The translations under genes and the position numbers were made by a program. A stretch of DNA of 60,727 nucleotides, filler included, from Basidiobolus ranarum (lineage: Eukaryota), in assembly GCA_040143965.1 (NCBI GenBank). It is 14 parts of 14 records of this genome, joined end to end, with 100 filler letters (N's around TTAATTAATTAA, not from the genome) between each part and the next. Parts side by side here need not be neighbours in the genome. Positions count along the whole stretch, not along the records: positions 21,763 to 26,008 come from JASJQH010002051.1; positions 26,109 to 30,353 come from JASJQH010002052.1; positions 30,454 to 34,695 come from JASJQH010002053.1; positions 34,796 to 39,037 come from JASJQH010002054.1; 10 more parts are not named here. One strand, written 5' to 3'. This document shows, in pieces, positions 24,701 through 35,631 of the stretch. The notes under the pieces were generated by a model. The model was not told the origin of the DNA and made no database searches. It saw only the letters and a list, made by a program, of their open reading frames with translations. How positions within the stretch are numbered: position 1 is the stretch's first letter; each line of letters starts with the position of its first letter.

Positions 24701-26008
24701 GCAATATCATCCTAGTCTCAATCTACTAATTGTAATTATTGACAGATCATTTTTACCTTTGTTACTGCCTCTTACTCCATGGAACAGTGTCTTAGACTCT
24801 GCTGACTAGACTTTTTTACTTGGCAACATGCATGCAAAACTGCAGATCTTGGTACTTTAGTTGAGAAACCACATAAGCAGTCATGGCTTCTTTGTTTTGA
24901 TTTTGAGAAAGATTTCACCTGCTGGTGGCTGACTGCCCCCTAAGCCAGTGGATCATTACTTTCAAGAAAACGATAGTACACCACCTTGCATCCCTTCTCT
25001 TTAAAGGATATGCTGCTCAAAAGATTTACTTCACTTCTGAAAAATTCTACTTCCTCTCTTATTACAAGATTGTTAAAAGACTTCAACATTTCCTAAGCTC
25101 AAGTACTTCATCCCCTCTCTTTTGGCATAAATTTTGAGATTTGGGAAGCTGCCTTAAAAGGGGCTTTTTTAACTCCCTTATGATTTTTTTTATCTCTGCT
25201 TCTTTATGTATATGTTTATCAAACTTGAGATTAATAAAGATTACACCATCTTATGTTTTTCATCCCCCATAGAAATTATAAGTGCCAGCTCAGTTGTTGC
25301 CATTACCACTGAAAATATCTCCTCTGTTACCAAAGTCACCAAAATTGTTGAAATTTCCACTACTACCAATACCATCATATGTGAGCCAGCCACAATGTCA
25401 TTATTTCTATAGTAATTATCTCCTCTGTTTCCAAACAAATGGACCCATTATGTACTCTTGCAAAAAGAGTAGCATGGTAGGGCTAATAGGTAGGATAAGT
25501 GCATGCTTACCAGAATGGCTTCAACCCTAACCCATTAGGACCAATTAAATGGTCTAATTTGGAACTCTTTCTAGAAATGTATCTTAGTGCATGCAGCACC
25601 CTACCAGAGAGATCACAATTCTAGGTTGACTGTGACTAATCAAATTGCCATCATTCTCCCCCCTTAGCAAATCAGCAACCTGGCATAAGTAGTAGAGGAG
25701 CCCACCCTTGCTTACCAGGAGTACATGGTTAACCTTTGACAGAAATTTCTTCAGAAGCAAATACCCTTTATGTTTTATGTTAATCCTGTTGTCAATCAAC
25801 TAATTACTATTGTTGACAAACCATTTTTACCTCTTGTATTGCCCCTCCCCCTACTTGACAGTACCTTTGGTTCTACTGACTCAACGTTTTGCTTTGCAAC
25901 ATTCATATATTGTTGGATGATCTTGACATAATGGGGGTAGACTTTGAGTATTAGAAGCAACTTATGATAGTGTGTTTTAGTTAGTTTATTCTTAAGAGTA
26001 TATGGTGA
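21763..26008. repeat. Contig of ancient decayed repeats, unclassified
   Basis: Almost CpG-free with no credible gene. Internal diverged duplicates (~23040-23100 vs ~23815-23875; ~24690-24860 vs ~25700-25910). 25911-25946 matches the reverse complement of 1267-1302 at 35/36 nt. Confidence 0.6.
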
Positions 26009-26108
26009 NNNNNNNNNNNNNNNNNNNNNNNNNNNNNNNNNNNNNNNNNNNNTTAATTAATTAANNNNNNNNNNNNNNNNNNNNNNNNNNNNNNNNNNNN
26101 NNNNNNNN

Positions 26109-26387
26109 CAAACCTCTCTCGTATTCATCCTCTTGTTCGTCTTCCTCATACTGACGACCGTAGCGAGAGCGAGGGTAGTTTTGTTGGCCACGTCTGCCGT
26201 TCAAGCCTCTCTCGTATTCATTATCTTGTTCATTTTCATATTGACGACCATAGCGGGAGCGAGGGTAGTTTTGTTGGCCACGTCTTCCGGTCAAACCCCT
26301 CTCATACTGATTTTCACGTTCTTCTCTCTGCTGCTGACCCTTATGCCCCGAAAGACGGCGGTTTTCAGATTGATGATTATGAACCAT
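26109..26387 (-). CDS. R/G/Q/Y/E-rich tandem-repeat protein (30-31-aa unit), 5' part, cut by contig end
   Basis: ATG at 26387 with TATATAAG ~85 bp upstream. Unit YERGL(T/N)GRRGQQNYPRSRYGRQYE...; units differ mainly at synonymous sites. Confidence 0.8.
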
Positions 26388-28692
26388 ATTTAAAGTAGGA
26401 AGAGCTTGTTTGCTATGTGTATTCGGGAAGTTAGTCGAATATGAGAAATCTAAGGCTTGTTTTCCCGCTTATATAACCAAAATGTGGCTTATCTTGTGAT
26501 ATACTTGAAAGCCAAGCCACCCTGCTTGACATCGAAATAAAATTGCAATCTGTAATAAGTTCATATGATTTGTAAATCAATGATTTCGCAATATCTCAAT
26601 AAAACTCGTTATTCAAATCGTCAATAAATGAACTTTAAGGGCAAAGATTACCAATGTGTTAAATCCTAAGAATTTGATTGCTGGAAGAAGGCAGCTTACA
26701 ATCGCATGATACTCAGCCACTATACTCATAGGGAGTTACATACAGAAACAACAATTAATATATGTAAACAAGTTCTGGTGCTTCATTCAGAGTTCTGAGA
26801 TCAATGTAATGCAATATCGTAAAAGAAAAAGGAAGTAAAGCTCAACGATATTCATTATCCGCACAATTGCTATTATTATACCAAGGTACATTGTTATTCT
26901 TCTAGTAAGAATATTATATATTTTTCTACTTTGTTGAAGACCTAATGCGAAAACGTTTGTTCATAGATTGACTGAATTTCTGTTAGCGGAATAATACATG
27001 TATTGATTTACCACGTTTACATACTGGCCGTTATTTCTATCTCTATCACTATCCTTGCACAGCTCATCTCAGTCATGACTTAAATCAACTTACGACAACA
27101 AAGTTCTCTTCAGCCTACACTAGTTGCTATAGATCAAAGCCGAGTTGAGTAATGATCAATATATCAGTATGGACAGGATCAGTTGGTAAAAGCTTTCATC
27201 TTGATCCCAAGCTATATGAAACTTACAGCTTCTTTATCTACCTCTACATTGAATCTAACGTAATTATCACTTAGTAGCCATACATTACTTAGTTAAAAAT
27301 TTTATAGTGTAAAACCATTCTTGAAGCTTTAAATTTGTCCTATTCTTCTCCCATAGATAGCTTAAACATGACCTCCTCATTTGTTTCAATCAATACCTTC
27401 AAAAGTATAAATACTCTAGCACAAATCATCAAATAAATATCTCACATTATATTACAAAATATAGTTTTGGAGCTCAAAATGAAGCTTACCTGAAAATTGT
27501 ACTAGAATATACATTGTATTTTATTTTCTTTCTGCACGCGATATTTATAAAAAACAACAACAATTACTATGTTGTAACTAGAAAAAGTAAAATTTTCGCC
27601 GAAATTATATCAGAGTTTGAGTAGCATTTCAAGCTAATTGCATATTTTTGGGCTGCATTACAAAACTATTCTATGACTTACCGTTATATGCCAGTTCCGT
27701 GTTTTCTTTGTTGCGTTACGGGACAACGCCGCGCTTTCTGGTTGCTTTGAATGATAAGATGGAGAGGACACCTGCTTATGAGTATCTACATGGATAAAAA
27801 ATTATATATACTGTTTTCATTTTTTCTCATGAAATGTTCCAGGTCCTCAATTTTGTCCCAGCTCTAACCCTTAAATATATATGGAAGTCTCAGGAGATAC
27901 CGCATTGCTACCGTTGCCAGTGCCTTTTACGGTAGGTCTTTTAAGGGATATCCTTACAACGTGTCCACCATTGGTGAATTCTGGAGTGGTACGTAACCGG
28001 GAGGATTTACCATCAAAAATTGGAGTTTAGCGACGGAGTCAGGCGAACTACTTTAAATCCCGATATCAGTACAATTCATATGATATTCGCAATTCCCAGT
28101 TTGGTTAATTCGGGCCCAAGCGAAATTGGCTCTGCCATTTGGTGCTCCAGTCGGGATTTGCAATCGCGAGATGAAATAAAACAATCATCAAAAGCATCTT
28201 TCGATACAACGAAAGTTTTGTCGTCTTTTGATAAGGAAAGTTGACCATGATTTTCATTATGAGCATCACTACCATTCTTGGTTGGGAGGCTGCTCCTTGC
28301 TTTGACTGTTTGAACAATTCCACCTTCACTATATCCACGGCAAGGATAATGCTAACCAATGGAGCAACCATAATCTTGGGGACAATCAAACTGGAGATCA
28401 TCTTGCAGTATAGAGAAAGATTGAGGCAGGAGATTGTGTATAGGAATGGCAGGATTTTATAACTTTTATTAAGAAATACAGCCATAGATTATTGATTTTT
28501 TTTTACATTTGAAGAGAATTCTATGAGCACAAATGGCCTTTCATCAATACTAAATGACTGCGCATAAAGCTCAGCAAAAGTAACCGATAAAAACTGTATG
28601 CCGAAAAGATCTAATTAAGCACCTCTGATAATAAATGAAATGCCGACTTTATCTATATCAATTACGCTAGTATCATTCTAAGTAAACACGTC

Positions 28693-29430
28693 TCAATGAT
28701 TTTGGAAATATCCTTTTAACTGTCGATAGTTTCTTTCAATTACTCCTGTAGCTCCTATCTACTTTCCTGGGCCTACAAGGCGATAGTTGGCTGGCCACAT
28801 CGGTGCAAAGAATGTCTTCCAGACCAGTCCAAAGCTGTCATATTCTTTTAGAATGGCCCATACAGATGGATAGAAGCCACCCAGATAGGCCAAATCCTCA
28901 AAGTAATGTTGATTTGGTTCCCAGACTACTCTCTGCGTCGAAGGCAGGCATTTTCTCTTTTCTTCTAAATAACGAGTGATTTCAGATTCAGATGGAAGGG
29001 ATTTCGCTCCAGTCCATATTGAAGTGATATACCGATTTTGAATGTCACTGAAATCACAGAGGGGTTAGAGCAAACCTCATGATCAGTTTTGAAACTAAAT
29101 TACCTCAATACAAATGTTGAATCTGAAGGAGAATAGAAGAATGGTTAATCAATGCTACGGTGTTGGAATTAGTTGCGACTTACCCAAGGTATATGCAAAG
29201 CCAACGAAGGCCATACTAGGATATTTGGGCGGGAATATACTTTCGTAGAGCCACATGGGGCCACGCTCGCAAGAGGCCTTCTGTCTTGGTTGATCTCCGA
29301 GCACAAATTTTTGGAGATATTCATCAGTAAAAAATGGGAAAGTCAACTTGAAGCCAGTAGCTAGAATAATAGTATCCACAGCGGAAACTATCTCTCCATC
29401 ACTAAACTCAATGGATCGCCGTCGTCTAAG
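28693..29430 (-). pseudogene. Flavin-containing monooxygenase (FMO) 3' half, pseudogene
   Basis: SIEFSDG...VDTIILATGF..TFPF, LYESIFPPKYPSMAFVG, a 19-nt micro-exon at 29122-29104, then DIQNRY...LPSESEI...YRLVGPGK*IGA (conserved Trp is TAG at 28759-28761). The 5' half is replaced by repeat family C. Confidence 0.85.
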
Positions 29431-29464
29431 AAGCGCTGTACTGTAGGCTTTGTGAGAATATGGC

Positions 29465-29626
29465 CAGAAGATATGCATGATTATCGTCATAATACCGTTA
29501 AGAAGCCGCCATCTCACCATCAAAATCTCTGGTAGAATGCAAGCCACCAACATTGTGACAGTCCTCTGATGGTTTTGTGCGCAGAAAGGTGGATCTGGAT
29601 CAAATCAATTTTATTTTTGTTGGGGG
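29465..29626 (+). repeat. Repeat family C, terminal fragment
   Basis: CAAAATCTCTGGTAGAATGCAAGCCACCAA...GGATCAAATCAATTTTATTTTTGTTGGGGG. Confidence 0.8.
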
Positions 29627-30453
29627 AAAAACAGAATATTGTATGAGTAAGAAACAAATGATTGGCCAATAAACATGCATGCATTTTCCTCAAATATTTG
29701 ATTGGGCAAGTTACATTATAAACAGTATATTCCTACACATTTCCTTATGAAAATTAACTTTGGACAACCCAGATTGGCTACTGTTCAAATCAATTGAATA
29801 CCATCTGAAATCCTTCATAGTAACCATAATTTAAGTTTTGACTGCTTTTATATGGACTTTTCCTCCCAATACTCACTATATGAAAGTTGCTATATATATT
29901 GTACCACTTGAAACTTATACATTTTCCAAATAAAAAGTTCTTCTCATTTCCACTGATCATAATCAACTGAGTAATTTGGGTAAACATCTATCACAATAAG
30001 GAACTGGACAAGGACTGGAAACAGTGACAAGAGGCTAGGAAGCAGGAGAGTACTTGGGTATAGACCACAAGGAAAGACAAGACAAGACTAGACAGGGAAG
30101 ATACTTGGCAAGAATCTTATTGAAAACAGGTCCCTAACAGAAATTTGAGGATTGTTATTGTAGGAAAACCATCACAATTTTAATCCATTTGGGATTGACT
30201 GTTTACTTACCATCATAAAATTGTCAAGTTAGACTTGATTTTAATCAATTTTTTCAGTTTCAGGAGTGAAATTTCAAGATCTCACAAAATAGTTGCACAT
30301 GATTGGCTACAATCTCATCAAACTATGGATCAACGCATGTGCAAAAAATGTAANNNNNNNNNNNNNNNNNNNNNNNNNNNNNNNNNNNNNNNNNNNNTTA
30401 ATTAATTAANNNNNNNNNNNNNNNNNNNNNNNNNNNNNNNNNNNNNNNNNNNN

Positions 30454-30849
30454 GCTGGAGTCACATTCATTGTCGCCGCTGGTAATGAGAGCCAAGATGC
30501 CTGCAATGTCTCTCCAGCCAATGCTGGACAAGCATTTGCAGTTGGAGCCACTACCATCACCGACGGAGCTGCCAGCTTCAGTAACTACGGTAAATGTGTC
30601 AAACTTTCAGCCCCTGGCCAAGACATCACTTCGGCATGGATCGGAGGTACCTCAGCTAGCAAGAAGATCTCCGGTACCAGTATGGCCAGTCCTCATGTTG
30701 CTGGTGTTGCCGCATTGTACTTATCCCAAGGTGGTTTGAGCACACCTGCCCAAGTATATGCAGCACTTGTCTCCAAGGCCACCAAGAATGTGATTACAGG
30801 ATTGAAGGGAACCACTCCCAATCTTTTGGTCTTTAACTCGAACCAATAA
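30454..30849 (+). CDS. Subtilisin S8A (proteinase K-like) protease, 3' part
   Basis: Open frame from the contig start: IVAAGNESQDACNVSPA...VGAT...FSNYGKCV.L.APG..ITSAWIG...ISGTSMASPHVAG...TPNLLVFN. Stop TAA at 30847-30849. Confidence 0.96.
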   Translation, partial: AGVTFIVAAGNESQDACNVSPANAGQAFAVGATTITDGAASFSNYGKCVKLSAPGQDITSAWIGGTSASKKISGTSMASPHVAGVAALYLSQGGLSTPAQVYAALVSKATKNVITGLKGTTPNLLVFNSNQ

Positions 30850-31487
30850 GCTGAGCTATAATACTCATTTATTGAAAGATGTTGCAAATTAAAGTACTCT
30901 ATTACTATATTCAAGCTGAATTTTATTCTTACGAAGGATTTCATCATGAAACCGCACCCTAGGACTGTAAAATTTCGGTATCTGTATTTTAATTAGTGAC
31001 CGTTGTCTAGGATTGTCAGAGCACTATGTTGGTGTAAAAAAGTGTGAATAATTGGAAGTACATGGCCGTGTTCATAGTTACGTGAATTTTGAACGATCAA
31101 TACCTACTGTATTTTCAACACGCATCAGATGTACATTCATTGGTGACATTATTACAGGATAAGGGCCATGGAGTGACTAAAATTCAGCAAATACTTCTAT
31201 ACTCATTTTTTTCGCTCGCATGTTATATTAGCAGAGCTTTAAGCTTAAATCTCATACCACATCACTGGCAGATGATGAGTTGCAGAGTTAACAAACTATT
31301 CAGCAATACTAATATTGAGGCAGTACTGTCTATATATTTTAATCATCAACATTGATGACCAATATCGGTAACTATTTTCTATTCTAAATTTGAAATATAT
31401 ATATTTGTTAAGGCAGCCGAATATAATTATCTTGTGAAAAGAAATTTATTCAATATAGTACATAGGCTATGATCTATTGCTATGGGT

Positions 31488-31533
31488 ATCTATCTATGGG
31501 TTAACACTCAATCTATCTATGGGTTAACACTCA
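31488..31533. repeat. 23-bp perfect tandem duplication
   Basis: ATCTATCTATGGGTTAACACTCA x2. Confidence 0.9.
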
Positions 31534-33055
31534 ATATAATATTTACTATGGCCATCATAGCTATCTCCATCATAATCGTCATTACCGCTACCACCACCAT
31601 ACTTCTTACCTCTTCCGTGCTATTTTCTGGTTCACGTTTAACTAAAATACTATCATAGTTGTTGCTTAGTTCAACCTTGGTCAATGACTACTGGCATTTC
31701 ATGATGATCTTGCATGTGTTAGTGTACAAACTAACTAATCATACTTATTTAGTATTTGTAATGATTGCTAATGAAATAGAAAATTTTAAAGTAATCTATG
31801 GAGTTAGAAATTTTAATGCTGAACCTGATGCAGCCAGAAATCGGTGCATAGGATGAAATCTCCGTCACACTAGTCCACTTGGATCTGCTCAATTCTCGGC
31901 ACTGAATTTATGTAGCTCAAAAGATATTTAGATTTAATCCTTCTATTTTATCATAATGTCGTATAGATCCACCTATAATACCCCGACAATAATACTTTAG
32001 ACAGAGGTTGCTTAGTAAGCATAGTCTTTAGAGGATAGTTATTTAATCAATACTCACACAACTATAAACCACAATACACTAATACGGTAGGCCAAACCTT
32101 ATCTCTGTTTACTACGGTTTTTATTGGCTAAAGGCTAGCAGTGGGCGATAGCGGCTTCACTACCCCTAAGATTAGTTATGAAGTATGAAACAAAGGGTAA
32201 TATCATATTTTTACATATTTCAATTATTCACTCGACTGATTTACTTCATAAGTAACATTTTCCCTTGTTCATGCTTTTCAGAATTTAGTAAATTACTGCA
32301 ACTCACTTTACCTTTAATCAAATAGATTATGTCAAAGGCAAGCAAGGTTGTTGCTTTCAAAATTCTGATTCTCTCTAAATATTTTCTGAATCCCGGAAAT
32401 CGCTGAGCTTCCCATTATGTACCTGGCGAGTATAAAAGGTATACTAGAGATAAGTGAACAAATTGGATCATGTGCACATGCCACGGTGATTAGGTATCTT
32501 ACGGCCAAGTCACTGCCATGACAACTATTTAGTTGTCTTAAGTGCTCTAGATGGAAAGTCAACAATTAGGAACCAACTACCAGTAACCATTTATTTGGTC
32601 TGTGGGAAATTGTGCCGATGCGTTGACCATATCTCTCATTCTTTAATATCAAGACATAATTTCGGATATTAACCAAGTTCAAACATTATTATCAATTACT
32701 TTCCTTTTGTTGTGACAATTGTTACATTTACTATCGGATTATGATAATAAATAACTCTTGTCTCCGCTGTCAGTTCGTTTCTAAGTTTATCCCAAGATAG
32801 AATAATAGTAGAGAATTATCTCCCTAAAGTTTAGTAATGATTCATCCAGTAGTTCTAGAGATATGTGCATTTCTTTGACTGTTTCGGTGATTGCGAGACG
32901 TATAGGAAAGGTGTGGACGTGAAACTTGGTGAAGGTTGAGGTTTGCTTATTCACTATGTGCGTGAAAGATATTGGATTGATTGTGGTAGTTTATTGTCTC
33001 TGAAATTGCCATCAGTTTTAGTCCGATAATCTAATTTCGTAACAGTAGCAACCAG

Positions 33056-33127
33056 GGCTCAATGGTCTAGTCGTATGATTCCTCGTTCGGGTCGTGGAGG
33101 TCCCGGGTTCAATTCCCGGTTGAGCCC
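33056..33127 (+). tRNA. tRNA-Pro(CGG), intronless
   Basis: Acceptor stem GGCTCAA/TTGAGCC, D arm TGGTCTAGTCGTATGA, anticodon loop TT-CGG-GT (33088-33090), T arm CCGGG-TTCAATT-CCCGG, followed by T-tracts. Confidence 0.92.
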
Positions 33128-34329
33128 AATATTTTATATATTTTTATTGTCGTGGACACATTCTGCGGAGGTTTTTGAAAGATAGTTTGGAACTAAAGTG
33201 GAGGATTTATAGTCAAATCTATATCAAATTTGAGGTCAAACATTTTCTAATGATGTATATATATATTTACCCATAATTAGGTCTTGATCACCAGGTATGC
33301 AGGTATAGAACAATCATATATTTTAGAAAAAAATATTGAGCACTCAGTTCAGGTTGTAGTTGTGCCTCACACATCCTAACATGATGAAGTCTAAATGACC
33401 ATACCCCTCATCACATGAAATTCCGAGTACAAGTCACTCGGTAAATTCAAACGCATTCAGTTCCGACGGTTTTACTCATGTGCTATTAGTCACTCGTGGG
33501 ACAAATACTGAGGTATGTGCGATTTTTGCCTCCGTATTTGATACGAGATAGGACTTTTAACTCTCAAAGGGAAAAGTATGCTTACCAAACAGGTAAGATT
33601 AATATTCAAACTGTACCGGGTGCTTGTATCGGTAATAATACTCATGTGGATAAAATTCATTATTATTTTCCAAAATACGAAATTGATATTCAGACATGAC
33701 TGTATTGCTAGGATGTTTCGTGAGAAAAATATAACGCATCAATATCCCATCGAAACATAAACTTATAACTTACCTGGGAAGATACCAAGGCAACTGAATG
33801 CCCTAACCCTAAGGCAACTGAATGCTGGGAATAGTTTCATTTTCATATTTCGTAAACGACTAATATGGAAATGATTAGCCCGAACATCAGGATTTAGGGG
33901 AAATATGTGGGATTAATATAGAACTAACATAATTTATCATAAACGCTATATTAAGCCTTGTTATTACTTCACCAATAACACATTTGGAATACCAGAGTGC
34001 ATCTCATCAGGAGAAACCAGTAAGTTGATGAAAAGAGGCTGCAATGGTTAACGGAATTTTGTATAGCAATAATGGTGCAAGCTGCGTGTGAAGTGTTGTT
34101 ATAGTGACTGGCTTTTGCCTGAGAATAATACCCAGTTACTCTTCGTGAATAGAGCCCAACAGGGAAGTGAAGTTTGGAACAAGTCAAATGACCTGAAGAC
34201 TAATCAAAATCCATCTTCGATATCTAGATAATAAGTTAATCAGTTGTATCAAAAACATATAAAATATGATGAAAGTTGAACAATATCTCATTAACTGCTT
34301 CAGTCCTACTACTTTGATTTTAAAAAAAA

Positions 34330-34695
34330 ATGGTCAACATTCGAATCCTTACAATCGGCTCACTAATTGCTGTGCTTTTGGCTATACCAATCTCTGAAGC
34401 TCAAATCGTTGATGTTTCCAACCGTTACATTGTCAAGATCAAAGAAGGAGCTGACTCTAACAAAGGTATGACCGTGATGTTGTAGTAACAGCAGTTCGGG
34501 ATGCAGTGCTAATATTTATATGCATTTGTTTTAGTGGATCAATTTTTAAAGACAAAGCTTGACCAATACAACCGTGGTCGCAGTGGTAACAACTCCCTTA
34601 AAAATGAGCTAAAGAACAAGTTCGCCTTGGAGAACTTCAATGCCTATGCTGGTACACTCAGCCAAGCCCTTGTCAGTGAACTCAAGACCAATGGT
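34330..34695 (+). CDS. Subtilisin precursor 5' part (signal peptide plus I9-type propeptide), cut by contig end
   Basis: TATAAAA at ~34258. Exons 34330-34465 and 34535-34695: MVNIRILTIGSLIAVLLAIPISEA-QIVDVSNRYIVKIKEG...FNAYAGTLSQALVSELK. Confidence 0.8.
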
Positions 34696-34795
34696 NNNNN
34701 NNNNNNNNNNNNNNNNNNNNNNNNNNNNNNNNNNNNNNNTTAATTAATTAANNNNNNNNNNNNNNNNNNNNNNNNNNNNNNNNNNNNNNNNNNNN

Positions 34796-35631
34796 ATCAG
34801 AAATAGCCCTGATTACTATATCAATGAGTCCCAAAATTGGGCCTATGCCTGCACAGCTCAAATACATGAACCCCAGACTGTAAAAGAGGCCCTGAATGGC
34901 CCTCACACAAAATTTTGGAGATCTGCAATGGCTGATGAGTACCAGGCTTTGATTGATAATCAAACTTGGATTTTAACCAACTTACCTGATGATAGAAAAT
35001 CAATTGGCTGCCGATGGGTGTTTGAGGTTAAATACATCTCTGATGGCAATATAGAAAGGTACAAGGCTAGACTAGTAGCCAAAGGCTATTCCCAAACACC
35101 AGGAATAGATTATACAGAAACTTTTGCTCCTGTAGCAAAGTTTAATTCAATTAGATTGATTTTAGCAATTTCAGCTAAATATCAGTTTATTATACATCAA
35201 ATGGATGTTAAAACTGCCTTTTTGAATGGTGAGCTTGCTGAGGAGATCTATATGGACCAGCCAGACAGATTTGTGGACCCAGAAAACCCTAAAAAAGTTT
35301 GCAGACTCCAGAAAACACTCCATGGCTTAAAACAATCTCCAAGAGCTTGAATAGCAAGATAGATGCTTTTTTGGAAAAACTCAAATTTGAAAAGAGTAAT
35401 GCTGACTATAGTATCTACTTCAGGCCAGATAAGACAAACCCAGTTTTATTAGCCTTATATGTAGATGATCTTATTGTAGCAACCAATGACTTGAAGACTT
35501 TGGAGGTCACCAAATCCAGCTTATCTGTCAAATTTAAAATGACTGATCTTGGTGAACTGATGTACTATCTTGGAATCCAAATTAAGATAGATAGAACTAC
35601 CAAAACAATAACTTCAAACCAGTCTAAGTAT
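34796..35631 (+). mobile_element. Ty1/Copia family A reverse transcriptase fragment
   Basis: IGCRWVF, RYKARLVAKGYSQTPGIDYTETFAPV, HQMDVKTAFLNG, GLKQSPRA* (Trp replaced by TGA at 35348-35350), LYVDDL, YLGIQI. Confidence 0.96.

Noticed and set aside
26109..30849. Repeat protein, FMO and subtilisin as a RiPP-like cluster (precursor, oxidase, protease)
   Set aside because: The subtilisin is on a different contig and the FMO is a truncated pseudogene, so only the repeat protein itself stands.
31530..31700. Minus-strand VKREPE...GKKYGGGSGNDDYDG fragment resembling a Kex2-processed peptide precursor
   Set aside because: Needs a frameshift, and no start or signal peptide can be linked to it.
33800..33812. 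CCCTAACCCT(AA) motifs (also ~23864, ~50995, ~51112) as telomere relics or a telomerase RNA template
   Set aside because: Only 1.5-2 units each, with no array and no supporting RNA structure identifiable by eye.
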